Assembly: GCA_023396095.1 (NCBI GenBank)
Contig: JAEWXG010000027.1
Span: 14,121 to 78,120, forward strand
Direction: 5' to 3'
Length of the DNA stretch: 64,000 nt
Source of the DNA: Bacillota bacterium
GTDB lineage: Bacteria > Bacillota > Clostridia > Christensenellales > UBA3700
Under the pieces are notes generated by a model. That model had not been told where the DNA came from, made no database searches, and was given only the letters and a program-made list of their open reading frames with translations. The position numbers and the translations under genes were made by a program. Shown here in pieces: positions 1-8,514 of this stretch; position 1 is the first letter of the stretch; each line of letters starts with the position of its first letter.

Positions 1-200
1 TCCTCATCACATAAATATATATTACCCGATTCAATTTTGATAATTCTCCCAATCGCCTTTAATAATGTTGATTTTCCACATCCATTAGCTCCAATAATTG
101 ATATTATTTTATTTTTTGGGATTTCAATGCCTATAGATTCAATTATTATCCTCCCATCATATCCGGCTTTTAAATTTTTAACATTTATTCCAAATTCCAT
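1..200 (-). CDS. ABC transporter ATP-binding protein (FecE/FhuC-like); N-terminal part only, gene runs off the left edge
   Basis: Reverse translation from ATG at 200..198 gives MEFGINVKNLKAGYDGRIIIESIGIEIPKNKIISIIGANGCGKSTLLKAIGR with Walker A GANGCGKST. It follows two FecCD permease genes. The plus-strand ORF 37..219 is its antisense shadow. Confidence 0.8.
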   Translation of the reverse strand, partial: MEFGINVKNLKAGYDGRIIIESIGIEIPKNKIISIIGANGCGKSTLLKAIGRIIKIESGNIYLCDE

Positions 201-208
201 GATCACCT

Positions 209-1207
209 CTACTTTTTAATCAACAAATATATAAAATATGGTACAGATAAAATAGAAATCACTATTCCTGTTGGTATATTAGAAAATAAAGAAAGATTTC
301 TTATTAAAATATCCGCAAACAGAATAATAAGGGCTGAAATTATGCTAGAAGCTGGCAATAAAAATTTGGCATCTTCCCCAATAACTTTTCTTGCAATATG
401 TGGTCCTATTAACCCTAAAAAAAAGAAATTTCCGCCAAATGCCACTGATGATGACGATAGAGCAACAGCTGATAAAGACAGCATTATGAATTCTCTGCTA
501 ATATTTATTCCTAAACTTTTTGACGTATCATAGCCTAAATTTATAATATTAATTTTTTTTGCTTTTGAATATATCGCTATAGAAAAAAATAGCAACCAAA
601 TCGAAAATATTTCAATATATCTCCACTCAGTTCCCCATAATTCTCCCGAATTCCATCGTTGTAGAAACTCTAATTTATTTTGATCTATTAACATCATCAT
701 AAATGTTGCAATCGCACCATATCCTGCACTCAACGCAATACCTGTCATTATGATTCTATTTGTATTAAAATTACTTTTCCTTTTTACACTCAGCACAAAA
801 ATTAAAATTGCAGCCGTAATTCCCCCAGTCATTGCAAGAATAGGTAACATAATAGCTGTCAAGGATGATTTTTTAAATAAAGCAATATACACTGTAACGA
901 ATAATCCAGATCCGGCACTCACTCCTAATGTCCCTGGAGATGCTAATTCATTGTGAAGCAGATTTTGCATAACTACACCTGACATTCCCATCCCTATCCC
1001 CACCAAAATAGAAAGAATTACTCTAGGCATTCGAATTTGAAAAATAATTAATCTTGTTTGTTCTGTCCCTCCACCAAAAAATGTTTCAACAACTTCCTTA
1101 AACGAAACCATGTGTTTCCCTAAACTGCACCCTAATACAAAAGAAAACAATAAAAATGTTATTAGTACTATTAATTTTAGTATTTTAAGTTTATTTTTTT
1201 TACTCAT
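209..1207 (-). CDS. FecCD-family ABC permease (iron-siderophore/cobalamin type)
   Basis: 332-aa polytopic membrane protein with typical FecCD strings (RMPRVILSILVGIGMGMSGVVMQ, GIVISILSVPYFIYLL). Lies in an operon with a second permease, a binding protein and an ATPase. Confidence 0.9.
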   Translation of the reverse strand: MSKKNKLKILKLIVLITFLLFSFVLGCSLGKHMVSFKEVVETFFGGGTEQTRLIIFQIRMPRVILSILVGIGMGMSGVVMQNLLHNELASPGTLGVSAGSGLFVTVYIALFKKSSLTAIMLPILAMTGGITAAILIFVLSVKRKSNFNTNRIIMTGIALSAGYGAIATFMMMLIDQNKLEFLQRWNSGELWGTEWRYIEIFSIWLLFFSIAIYSKAKKINIINLGYDTSKSLGINISREFIMLSLSAVALSSSSVAFGGNFFFLGLIGPHIARKVIGEDAKFLLPASSIISALIILFADILIRNLSLFSNIPTGIVISILSVPYFIYLLIKK

Positions 1208-1219
1208 ATATTTTATACT

Positions 1220-2269
1220 TTAATAATTATTTTTTCTCTTGGCCGTTGATACAGCAATAAAGAATGGAACCCCTACAACAGCAACTATAATTCCTACAGG
1301 AAATTCCCGCGGCCGTATAATCGTTCTTGCGATTAAATCAACAACAGTCACAAAAATTGCACCATACATACATGAGATTGGCAAAATGTATCTATAATCT
1401 AATCCTACAATCAGTTTTACTATATATGGTATTAATAATCCCACATATCCAACTGGACCTATAACTATCACTGATATCCCAGATAAAAATAGAACAATTA
1501 ATGTACTTAACAACTTACCAATAAATAAATTAACCCCAAGACCTTTTGATACTTCATCTCCTAAATTTGATAATGTTAAAGTTTTTGCAATAATCAATGA
1601 TAAAAAAACACATATTAGAAAAAATGGTATAGATATTTTTATATCCATCCATCTTGTATTAGCTGAACTCCCAGCCATATATTTCATCATTCTAATAACT
1701 GCTCCATTTTTTAAAATTATCGCCATCGTTATGGAACTAAACAATGTTGAAACGGCCATCCCGGATAAAATCATTCTTTCAGGTGTTGACCCTCTTCTCC
1801 CCATTACAGCAATAGAATAAATTAAAATTGTAGCTATTAATGCTCCTAAAAATGAGAATCCAAATCTTTCCAATCTAGACAAATTGGGGAAAAATGTCAT
1901 CATAAAAATAATAGCAAAGGTTGCACCTGCATTAACCCCCATTATTCCCGTATCAGCCATAGGATTTTTGGTATTACATTGCATTATTGCGCCAGCTATA
2001 GCTAATGAACCTCCCACGATAATATCGGCAAGTAAGCGCGGTAGTCTAATATCCTTTATGATAATGTGTGAAAAATTTGAAGCATTAAAGTGAAAGATAC
2101 TATCGTATATTTCAATAAAACTAATTCTTTCTGAACCGATGTATAAAAATAATGAAGATATTATAAATAAAAAAATTGCACCCACTATAAAAATTATTTT
2201 AAAGTAGGTGTAATTTTTATTGGAAGTATTACTTATTTTATTATTTTTTAATAGCTTGCTGTAAAGCAT
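1220..2269 (-). CDS. FecCD-family ABC permease (second subunit)
   Basis: 349 aa with RLPRLLADIIVGGSLAIAGAIMQ and VGIIVAVVGVPFFI motifs, paralogous to the 209..1207 product. Confidence 0.9.
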   Translation of the reverse strand: MLYSKLLKNNKISNTSNKNYTYFKIIFIVGAIFLFIISSLFLYIGSERISFIEIYDSIFHFNASNFSHIIIKDIRLPRLLADIIVGGSLAIAGAIMQCNTKNPMADTGIMGVNAGATFAIIFMMTFFPNLSRLERFGFSFLGALIATILIYSIAVMGRRGSTPERMILSGMAVSTLFSSITMAIILKNGAVIRMMKYMAGSSANTRWMDIKISIPFFLICVFLSLIIAKTLTLSNLGDEVSKGLGVNLFIGKLLSTLIVLFLSGISVIVIGPVGYVGLLIPYIVKLIVGLDYRYILPISCMYGAIFVTVVDLIARTIIRPREFPVGIIVAVVGVPFFIAVSTAKRKNNY

Positions 2270-3248
2270 TCAAAATTTCCTTGTACTGTTCTGCTAAATA
2301 TAACACATCTTTTTCTGCAAATAGCATTCCATTTAAAATCCCAACATTACCATTTTGAACCGCTTTCAAACTCTTCCATCCTGGATTATTTGCAAGTTCA
2401 TCCGATATTCCGTCGCCAAAAAGATCAACATAAATGACCACATCACCCTCATAATTTTTAACAGATTCATTACTGATAACATCAAATGGTGTCTTTTGAT
2501 TTTTCAAAAATTCGTCAACTTTTGCTGTTCTTTTTAATCCCAAATAGTCGTATAAAATTTTGTTAAAATACCAATAATCAGTAGGGGGGATTGATATTCC
2601 ATCCATGTAATAAAATAATGTTGCTGTTTTTCCTTCAAGTCCCAAACTATTAATTTTTGTTAATGCTGCTTCCTTAACATCTTTTGCATATTGTATTAAT
2701 TGATTTGCATTTTTTTCCAACCCGAAAATTCTACCAATATATCCAAGTCTTTCTTCAAAATCAAAGCTTTCCCTATATAATGGAATAACTGGAGCAATTC
2801 TTTCCAATTTTTTAATATTCTGCTCATCCATATGTTGATTTACTAAAATTAATTCTGGTGCGTAATTTAATATCTCTTCTTCATTAAAAGGCATTGTATC
2901 TTCTAAAAGTTTAACGCCATCAAAAAAATCTTCATATTTTTTTATAATAGTTTCATCAGCTATTGCCGCTAATGGCCTGATTCCAAAAGCAACCAAGTCC
3001 CCTACCCCAGACAAAGCAACAATTTTTCTAGTGTTCATATTATATTTCACATCATTGCCATTTAATGTTTTAAATATGTTTTCTTTCTTGTCCTTTAATC
3101 TTGTATCGACAAGTTTTTCTACACTAGTAATAGTTTTAACTTGTTGTTTTTTTTCTTCCTTTTTACACGATACAAATAAAAGACTGAAAATTAAGCTCAT
3201 CACAGCAACTATTCCTACAATTATTTTTTTCTTATTAATTTTTGACAT
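2241..3248 (-). CDS. ABC transporter substrate-binding lipoprotein (periplasmic binding protein, FhuD/BtuF-like)
   Basis: Start moved to ATG at 3248, which has an AGGAGG RBS (aataaaggaggacacATG). Signal peptide with lipobox LFVSC. First gene of the ABC operon. Confidence 0.85.
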   Translation of the reverse strand: MSKINKKKIIVGIVAVMSLIFSLLFVSCKKEEKKQQVKTITSVEKLVDTRLKDKKENIFKTLNGNDVKYNMNTRKIVALSGVGDLVAFGIRPLAAIADETIIKKYEDFFDGVKLLEDTMPFNEEEILNYAPELILVNQHMDEQNIKKLERIAPVIPLYRESFDFEERLGYIGRIFGLEKNANQLIQYAKDVKEAALTKINSLGLEGKTATLFYYMDGISIPPTDYWYFNKILYDYLGLKRTAKVDEFLKNQKTPFDVISNESVKNYEGDVVIYVDLFGDGISDELANNPGWKSLKAVQNGNVGILNGMLFAEKDVLYLAEQYKEILNALQQAIKK

Positions 3249-3283
3249 GTGTCCTCCTTTATTTTTTGTTAAATACAATTAAC

Positions 3284-3311
3284 ATTTTATTAAAACCTCC
3301 AACTTTGTCAA
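3284..3311 (-). promoter_or_regulatory. Putative sigma-A promoter of the ABC importer operon
   Basis: The minus strand reads TTGACA, a 16-nt spacer, then TAAAAT, about 35 nt upstream of the binding-protein start. Confidence 0.5.
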
Positions 3312-3360
3312 CATTATTCTTAAATATCTAAACGTTAATCATTGTAAATAAGCCAAAAAT

Positions 3361-3386
3361 GAGGTGAACCCAAAAAGTTAGACAAT
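3361..3386 (+). repeat. IS-end-like motif, copy 1 (GAGGTGAACCCAAAAAGTTAGACAAT)
   Basis: A near-identical 26-nt string recurs at 34103..34128 with 1 mismatch. Here it is followed by an AGGAGG RBS and a 26-codon ORF (3407..3487). Confidence 0.5.
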
Positions 3387-3630
3387 CCAGAAAGGAGGTT
3401 CAACAAATGCATTTAGATTATGATACAAGGTTAGAAATTTATTTGGAAAACAAATTAAAAGGGATAAAAGCCGATTTTTCACTTTAAACATGTAGCTATT
3501 ATAATTAATTGTTGTTATTTTGAATTTTAATTATTTTATACAATTATTCTGCATTCTTATAAATGCCTAAACATTCTTAAATAATTTTTCAAGTTCATAA
3601 ATGATTATTGAAAATTTACATCAATCATTA

Positions 3631-4557
3631 CTAAACAATTGGGAATTTAGCCTTATTAATAACGGCTTCTTGTATATCTTCCAATTGCTTCTTATCTAAA
3701 ACTAACGATAAATAATTTTCAATTCCATAATCATTTTTATTAATAACAATACAGGCCGCTGTTTCTTCTAACAAATCATTATTTAAAGTAATCTTTTTAG
3801 CATAAATTTGTCTTTTTTGCAATTCTTGTTTTATCTCAGGTTGCTCAACAACATCGGTATTAAATAAAACTGCATCTACTTCGCCTAAATATAAAGATTC
3901 AAGTAACATCGTATAATGGATTTCCTTAAAATGAACTGTTTCCGGGAAACTTCTAAGTGAAGCAAAATATTGGTCAGGAGAATTTTTATCAACACCAACA
4001 ACCAAATCCTGTTTATTTAAATCGTCTTCATTCTTTGCAAGACATGTTAAACCACTATTATATGTGTAATTGTCAAATTTTAATAAGACACTTAAAGATG
4101 TATTATTTTTAACTATTTCATTAGCTGATTTTACAGACATTAAGGCAAAACTGTATTTATTGTCAACAATTGAAATACCTCTATCAACGGCTCCTTGCAT
4201 ATATGACATCTTAAATTTTGAATAGGTGCTTTTAAAGGTCGTATATAGCGCTGTTGCCATTCCTTGTAACCTAACAGTATATGGCAATGGAGCAGCACCG
4301 ATAATTAATTCCCATCCAGCAATCTTACATAAATTCTGATAGTTTAAATTTAAAATGCAAGTTCCTAATGTTCCTTTTTTAATGACTTCTATTGCCCCAA
4401 CTCTAATTAATTCATCAATTGCATTTTTTACTAAGCCACGCGAAGAATTAAACTTTTCTACATAAAAAGCAATTGTATCAATATTATCTCCAACTTTTTT
4501 GCATAATAAGTCCCTTGCAATATTTCGAATGATTAAATCACTTTTATTAACTTTCAC
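3631..4557 (-). CDS. YhfZ-like putative transcriptional regulator (N-terminal HTH plus binding-protein-like C-terminal domain)
   Basis: 308 aa. The N-terminus (IIRNIARDLLCKKVGDNIDTIAFYVEKFNSSRGLVKNAIDELIRVGAIEV) looks like a winged HTH and the overall pattern resembles the YhfZ family. Assigned from recollection of the family, not from a search. Confidence 0.5.
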   Translation of the reverse strand: MKVNKSDLIIRNIARDLLCKKVGDNIDTIAFYVEKFNSSRGLVKNAIDELIRVGAIEVIKKGTLGTCILNLNYQNLCKIAGWELIIGAAPLPYTVRLQGMATALYTTFKSTYSKFKMSYMQGAVDRGISIVDNKYSFALMSVKSANEIVKNNTSLSVLLKFDNYTYNSGLTCLAKNEDDLNKQDLVVGVDKNSPDQYFASLRSFPETVHFKEIHYTMLLESLYLGEVDAVLFNTDVVEQPEIKQELQKRQIYAKKITLNNDLLEETAACIVINKNDYGIENYLSLVLDKKQLEDIQEAVINKAKFPIV

Positions 4558-4577
4558 AATACTGCTCCTTTAAAATT

Positions 4578-4616
4578 AAAATGCTCTTTCTTGCACGAAC
4601 AGAGCATTTTATTTTC
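4578..4616. terminator. Hairpin terminator (bidirectional appearance) after the 88-aa gene
   Basis: 10-bp perfect stem AAAATGCTCT / AGAGCATTTT with a 13-nt loop and flanking A/T runs. Confidence 0.45.
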
Positions 4617-4724
4617 AACAGACTTACTTTTAGCATAATATTAAATTTGCAAAAGTATATCCAACTCAAATTATAACACAAGTTATATTATGAATAATCG
4701 CTTTTCAAATTAAAATTACTAATC

Positions 4725-4991
4725 CTATTCTTCTGGTTCAGTCTTATATTTATTAAAGATCTCCATATATTTTTCATAATCTTTACCTAACACACCTTTA
4801 TTTTTATCAATAGTGTGTTTAACATTGATTTCTCTAATGGTACCATCTTCTTTTTTGTTTAACCAAACTTCAAATCTTTTGTTAAAGATCGCTCTATACA
4901 TTGGATTTAAAAGTTTTAACATTTCGTCAAACATTATTTTGCTATTTCCTGTCCAATTAAACTCTTCTAATTTTTTCCTTTTTTCTGCCAT
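4725..4991 (-). CDS. Hypothetical small protein (88 aa), last gene of the flavoenzyme cluster
   Basis: Its ORF starts 3 nt after the stop of the Etf fusion gene. No family recognised. Confidence 0.5.
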   Translation of the reverse strand: MAEKRKKLEEFNWTGNSKIMFDEMLKLLNPMYRAIFNKRFEVWLNKKEDGTIREINVKHTIDKNKGVLGKDYEKYMEIFNKYKTEPEE

Positions 4992-4994
4992 AAT

Positions 4995-6716
4995 TTAACC
5001 TCCAAAAATTTCTTGCCATCTACATTTATAATAAATATCAGATTTTTTAAATAGTTCTGAATTATTATCATCATTTATTGCTATAATTTTTTCAACATTT
5101 GTAAGTCCTTCCATCGTTTGATTAGTGCCGGCAACACCAATTAAAACAGCAACTTTAGCTTTAGGCGTTTTACCGGAAACCCCAACCTGCCTAGCGCTAT
5201 CCATTAAACCTCCAATTACTAATGGCCTTGTGCAATATATTTCCGCATTATAGTTTCTTGCCGCTTTTTTTATTATTTCTAAGTCTTCTATTGTTTTAAT
5301 TGCATTACCAACAACAAAAATTACTTCACTTTCATTAATCTTTTCTTCAGGCAAAATTTTAGTCTCTAAAATTTTATTTTTTTCATTCAACGTATAATTT
5401 ATATTCTGCACTTGTGTATCACAAGTTCCCTTATCTAAATCTCCATCAAACTTTCCGACTCTATAAGTCGAAAAGACTTTAGAATTATTAATACTTTTAA
5501 TTTTTGCATATAACTTTTCTGAAAATGTCGGTCTTACTTGCAACAAATCTTCTCGTTCCAACTCGAAATTACTACAATCTGCTGTAATACCAGATTGATT
5601 TTTTGCTGCAATATATGGTAAATAATTTTTTCCTTTATCAGTCGATGGAGCAAAAATATATTTATAATCAGACAAATCTAAATCTTTTAATATTTCTATA
5701 TAAGCATAATAATCATTTCTATTAGCTTTATATGATAGTATTTTAGAAAAGATCTTAGATTTTTTTATATCTTCTATCTGCAATCTTGTAAAATTCACAG
5801 TAAATAAATCTGCCGTAAAGTTTTTTGCAAAGCTCTGTATTTTACTTAATATTTCAAAAATTGCACTAATATTATCCGATTCACCACAAACCAAAATTTT
5901 TTTATTTAATAAATCATATCTTTCTTCGACAGTTGGTTCGACCGTTCTTTCTTCCATCATGAGTTGTACTATATCCTTTTTTAAATCTGGCTGTTTTTTA
6001 ATACTTTTTCTACAAGACATTTTTGAAAAAAGATTAACAACTCTTGTTTTAGAACCGCTTATACCATAGTGAGTTTCCTCTTTGTCAATAAAATTATCAA
6101 GTTCCAAATATTTTATTTCTTTTTTGTCAGCTTCTCGTTTTGCTTTCAGCGTAGATTCTATTTTTTTAAATGATTTATTTTTTATACTTAATACAACAGG
6201 CAACTTAACTAGAATTTTAGAGATTTTATTATCTTCTTGCTGCATAACAACCATATTAGTTGAATTTACTTCGCATATTTTAATTATGTTAGGTACAAAA
6301 TTATAATTTAATTGATACGCTAATTCAGAAGGAACCTGTCCAGTTTCCCCATCAGAACTTCTTTCACCAAGCAGCACAATATCAATATTAGCTATACTTC
6401 TAATCGCTTGAGACAATGTAAATGCTGTAGCATAAACATCAGCTCCAACAAATTCTTTGCCGTGAACCTGATAAGCAAAATCAACGCCTAAAGATAAAGC
6501 TTGCCTTAAACTGTTCCTAGATTGTTTAGGCCCCATAGTTAATGCATAACTTTCACCCGGACATATTTTCTTTATTTCACATAAAGCACTAAGCGCATAA
6601 TTATCACTTTCATTTGGTATTGATCCAACAGTATCTCTTTTTAAGTTACCTGAAGTATAATCAATTTCTATATGCCTGGTATTGGGCACCTCTTTTAAAC
6701 AAACTAAGTATTTCAT
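4995..6716 (-). CDS. Fused electron transfer flavoprotein, EtfB (N-terminal) plus EtfA (C-terminal), in one polypeptide
   Basis: 573 aa. The N-terminus is EtfB-like (MKYLVCLKEVPN..., ERSSDGETGQVPSELAYQL). The C-terminus is the EtfA FAD-binding domain (RPLVIGGLMDSARQVGVSGKTPKAKVAVLIGVAGTNQTMEGL). The length equals EtfB plus EtfA. Confidence 0.8.
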   Translation of the reverse strand: MKYLVCLKEVPNTRHIEIDYTSGNLKRDTVGSIPNESDNYALSALCEIKKICPGESYALTMGPKQSRNSLRQALSLGVDFAYQVHGKEFVGADVYATAFTLSQAIRSIANIDIVLLGERSSDGETGQVPSELAYQLNYNFVPNIIKICEVNSTNMVVMQQEDNKISKILVKLPVVLSIKNKSFKKIESTLKAKREADKKEIKYLELDNFIDKEETHYGISGSKTRVVNLFSKMSCRKSIKKQPDLKKDIVQLMMEERTVEPTVEERYDLLNKKILVCGESDNISAIFEILSKIQSFAKNFTADLFTVNFTRLQIEDIKKSKIFSKILSYKANRNDYYAYIEILKDLDLSDYKYIFAPSTDKGKNYLPYIAAKNQSGITADCSNFELEREDLLQVRPTFSEKLYAKIKSINNSKVFSTYRVGKFDGDLDKGTCDTQVQNINYTLNEKNKILETKILPEEKINESEVIFVVGNAIKTIEDLEIIKKAARNYNAEIYCTRPLVIGGLMDSARQVGVSGKTPKAKVAVLIGVAGTNQTMEGLTNVEKIIAINDDNNSELFKKSDIYYKCRWQEIFGG

Positions 6717-6720
6717 TTAT

Positions 6721-8151
6721 CTATTTTTTTAATAAAGAGTCAGGATTCAAAATCCAATTAGGATCTAATGCTTCTTTTATTTTTTTCAACATAATATACG
6801 CATTTCCTAATTCTTCTTTTAAGTAAGGCGTTCTATGTTTACCAACTCCATGATGGTGTGCTATAGAACCATTATATTTTAACGTATTTTCCATAACAAT
6901 ATCCCAAATTCTTCTATGTATTTTTTCAATTTCATCTAATGTTGCATCTTGTGGTGGCATTGCTGCAAATTGGAAATATACATTTGTTCCATTTAAATAA
7001 CTATGAGATGAATGTCCAGATGCAAACATCATATATTCACTAATTTTTTCATCATAATATATTTGATCTAATGTTTCTTCATATATTTTATAAATATCTG
7101 ACCACTTTGCTGAAATTTCAATTGTATCAACTAAAATACCCTGTTTAGCATATTCTTCATACTCAAGCGCTGCGTCATTTCTATGCTCATACCAAACATC
7201 AACAGGTTTTGACCCTGCAGAAATTGCCCCATTTTCTTTAGCAATTCTGCTTATTATTTTCCATTCCATTTCTGTTAACTCTTTTGTCCCATCTGCTCTA
7301 AAAATTAAAAGACACTCTCCCTCTTCCATAAATGATCCATATGGTTTCGCACATTCCATCCAATCGTGTAATCTTATAACAGATGGTGAAATTCCTTCTC
7401 TCATTATTAATCTTATTATATTAAATCCTTGGTCCATTGAAGTTACTCTAAATGCTTCTTTATATGATGATTGAGGCATTGGGAATACTTTAACTGTCAC
7501 TTCAGTAACAACTCCTAGTGCTCCTTCACCACCCAAGAAAATATGTCTCAAGTCTGGCCCAGCAGCTTTACGAGGATTAGATCTGAAAGATACTTCAGTA
7601 CCATCAACTAATACACCTTCAAGACCTAAAAGAAGGTTTTCCATACCACCATATCCAGTAGAAAATTGCCCTATTGATCTTGTCGATACCAATCCTCCCA
7701 TTTGAGCTAAATCCATTGATTGCGGATAATGTCCCAAAACATACCCCTTAGAATTAACAAATTTCTCAAGATCTTTAATGTAAACACCAGCCCCACATGT
7801 AATTGTCAAATCTGTATCATTAACATCATTTACATAATTTATGCCTGACATATCTAAAACAACTACATTTGGATCTGTTGTTTCTGCTCCAGCCAAAACT
7901 CCGGACCCGCCTCCGTATGGAATTATTGCAATTTTATTTTTATTACAAAACGCTAAAATTTGTGAAACTTCTTGTTTGTCTACTACCTTAACAACAACCA
8001 AAGGTAAAATAGGTTTCCATCCAAATTCTCTTTGATATAAACGTAATGCATACAAATCCACTGCTTTTTGTGCTCTTGTTGATTCATCTAAGAAAACTCT
8101 CTCTTCTTTTACAATCTTTTTTAATCCATCAATAATTTCTGTATTTTTCAT
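6721..8151 (-). CDS. FAD-linked oxidase of the VAO/PCMH family, alkyl-DHAP-synthase-like subtype
   Basis: 476 aa with an FAD-binding region (IPYGGGSGVLAGA) and the C-terminal signature SIAHHHGVGKHR (6841..6870). This triple-His loop is typical of ADPS-type members rather than the GEHGIG of GlcD/LctD. Confidence 0.8.
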   Translation of the reverse strand: MKNTEIIDGLKKIVKEERVFLDESTRAQKAVDLYALRLYQREFGWKPILPLVVVKVVDKQEVSQILAFCNKNKIAIIPYGGGSGVLAGAETTDPNVVVLDMSGINYVNDVNDTDLTITCGAGVYIKDLEKFVNSKGYVLGHYPQSMDLAQMGGLVSTRSIGQFSTGYGGMENLLLGLEGVLVDGTEVSFRSNPRKAAGPDLRHIFLGGEGALGVVTEVTVKVFPMPQSSYKEAFRVTSMDQGFNIIRLIMREGISPSVIRLHDWMECAKPYGSFMEEGECLLIFRADGTKELTEMEWKIISRIAKENGAISAGSKPVDVWYEHRNDAALEYEEYAKQGILVDTIEISAKWSDIYKIYEETLDQIYYDEKISEYMMFASGHSSHSYLNGTNVYFQFAAMPPQDATLDEIEKIHRRIWDIVMENTLKYNGSIAHHHGVGKHRTPYLKEELGNAYIMLKKIKEALDPNWILNPDSLLKK

Positions 8152-8162
8152 AATCTCCTCTC

Positions 8163-8513
8163 TTATCCCATTGTCTTTGATGCAATCATATTTACACCAG
8201 TATTTAATATATTTTCTATTATTATGTCCCCTTGTTTAATCGGAGTTTTTACGCATTTTGTTTTTAAGATTTCAATTGCATCTAACAACAACTTTTTTGA
8301 AATAGTTGATGTTGAGATGACAGGCAATAATTGCCCTAAATCAGTTAAAATCGTCGTAGTCAACATTCTTTTAGGATCAATCATCTCTTGAATCCCAAAC
8401 ACTTCACCCTTTTGACAAGAATTCCCATTAACAATAACTTGTTTATCATCTTTTGTTACCGTTAACGAGCACCCTATTGGGCAAGCAATACAAATCAAAT
8501 TTTTTGTTTCCAT
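8163..8513 (-). CDS. DUF1667 domain protein (MOX-like small subunit of GlpA-type complexes)
   Basis: 116 aa with the Cys motif CIACPIGCSLTV...NSCQKG. Conserved partner of the two upstream flavoproteins. Confidence 0.8.
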   Translation of the reverse strand: METKNLICIACPIGCSLTVTKDDKQVIVNGNSCQKGEVFGIQEMIDPKRMLTTTILTDLGQLLPVISTSTISKKLLLDAIEILKTKCVKTPIKQGDIIIENILNTGVNMIASKTMG

Positions 8514-8514
8514 G

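Noticed and set aside
3333-3347. TTAATCATT core resembling part of a Fur box upstream of the iron-type ABC operon
   Set aside because: Only about 8 of 19 positions match. The dyad symmetry is incomplete, and the site lies upstream of rather than overlapping the predicted -35/-10. That is insufficient to call.
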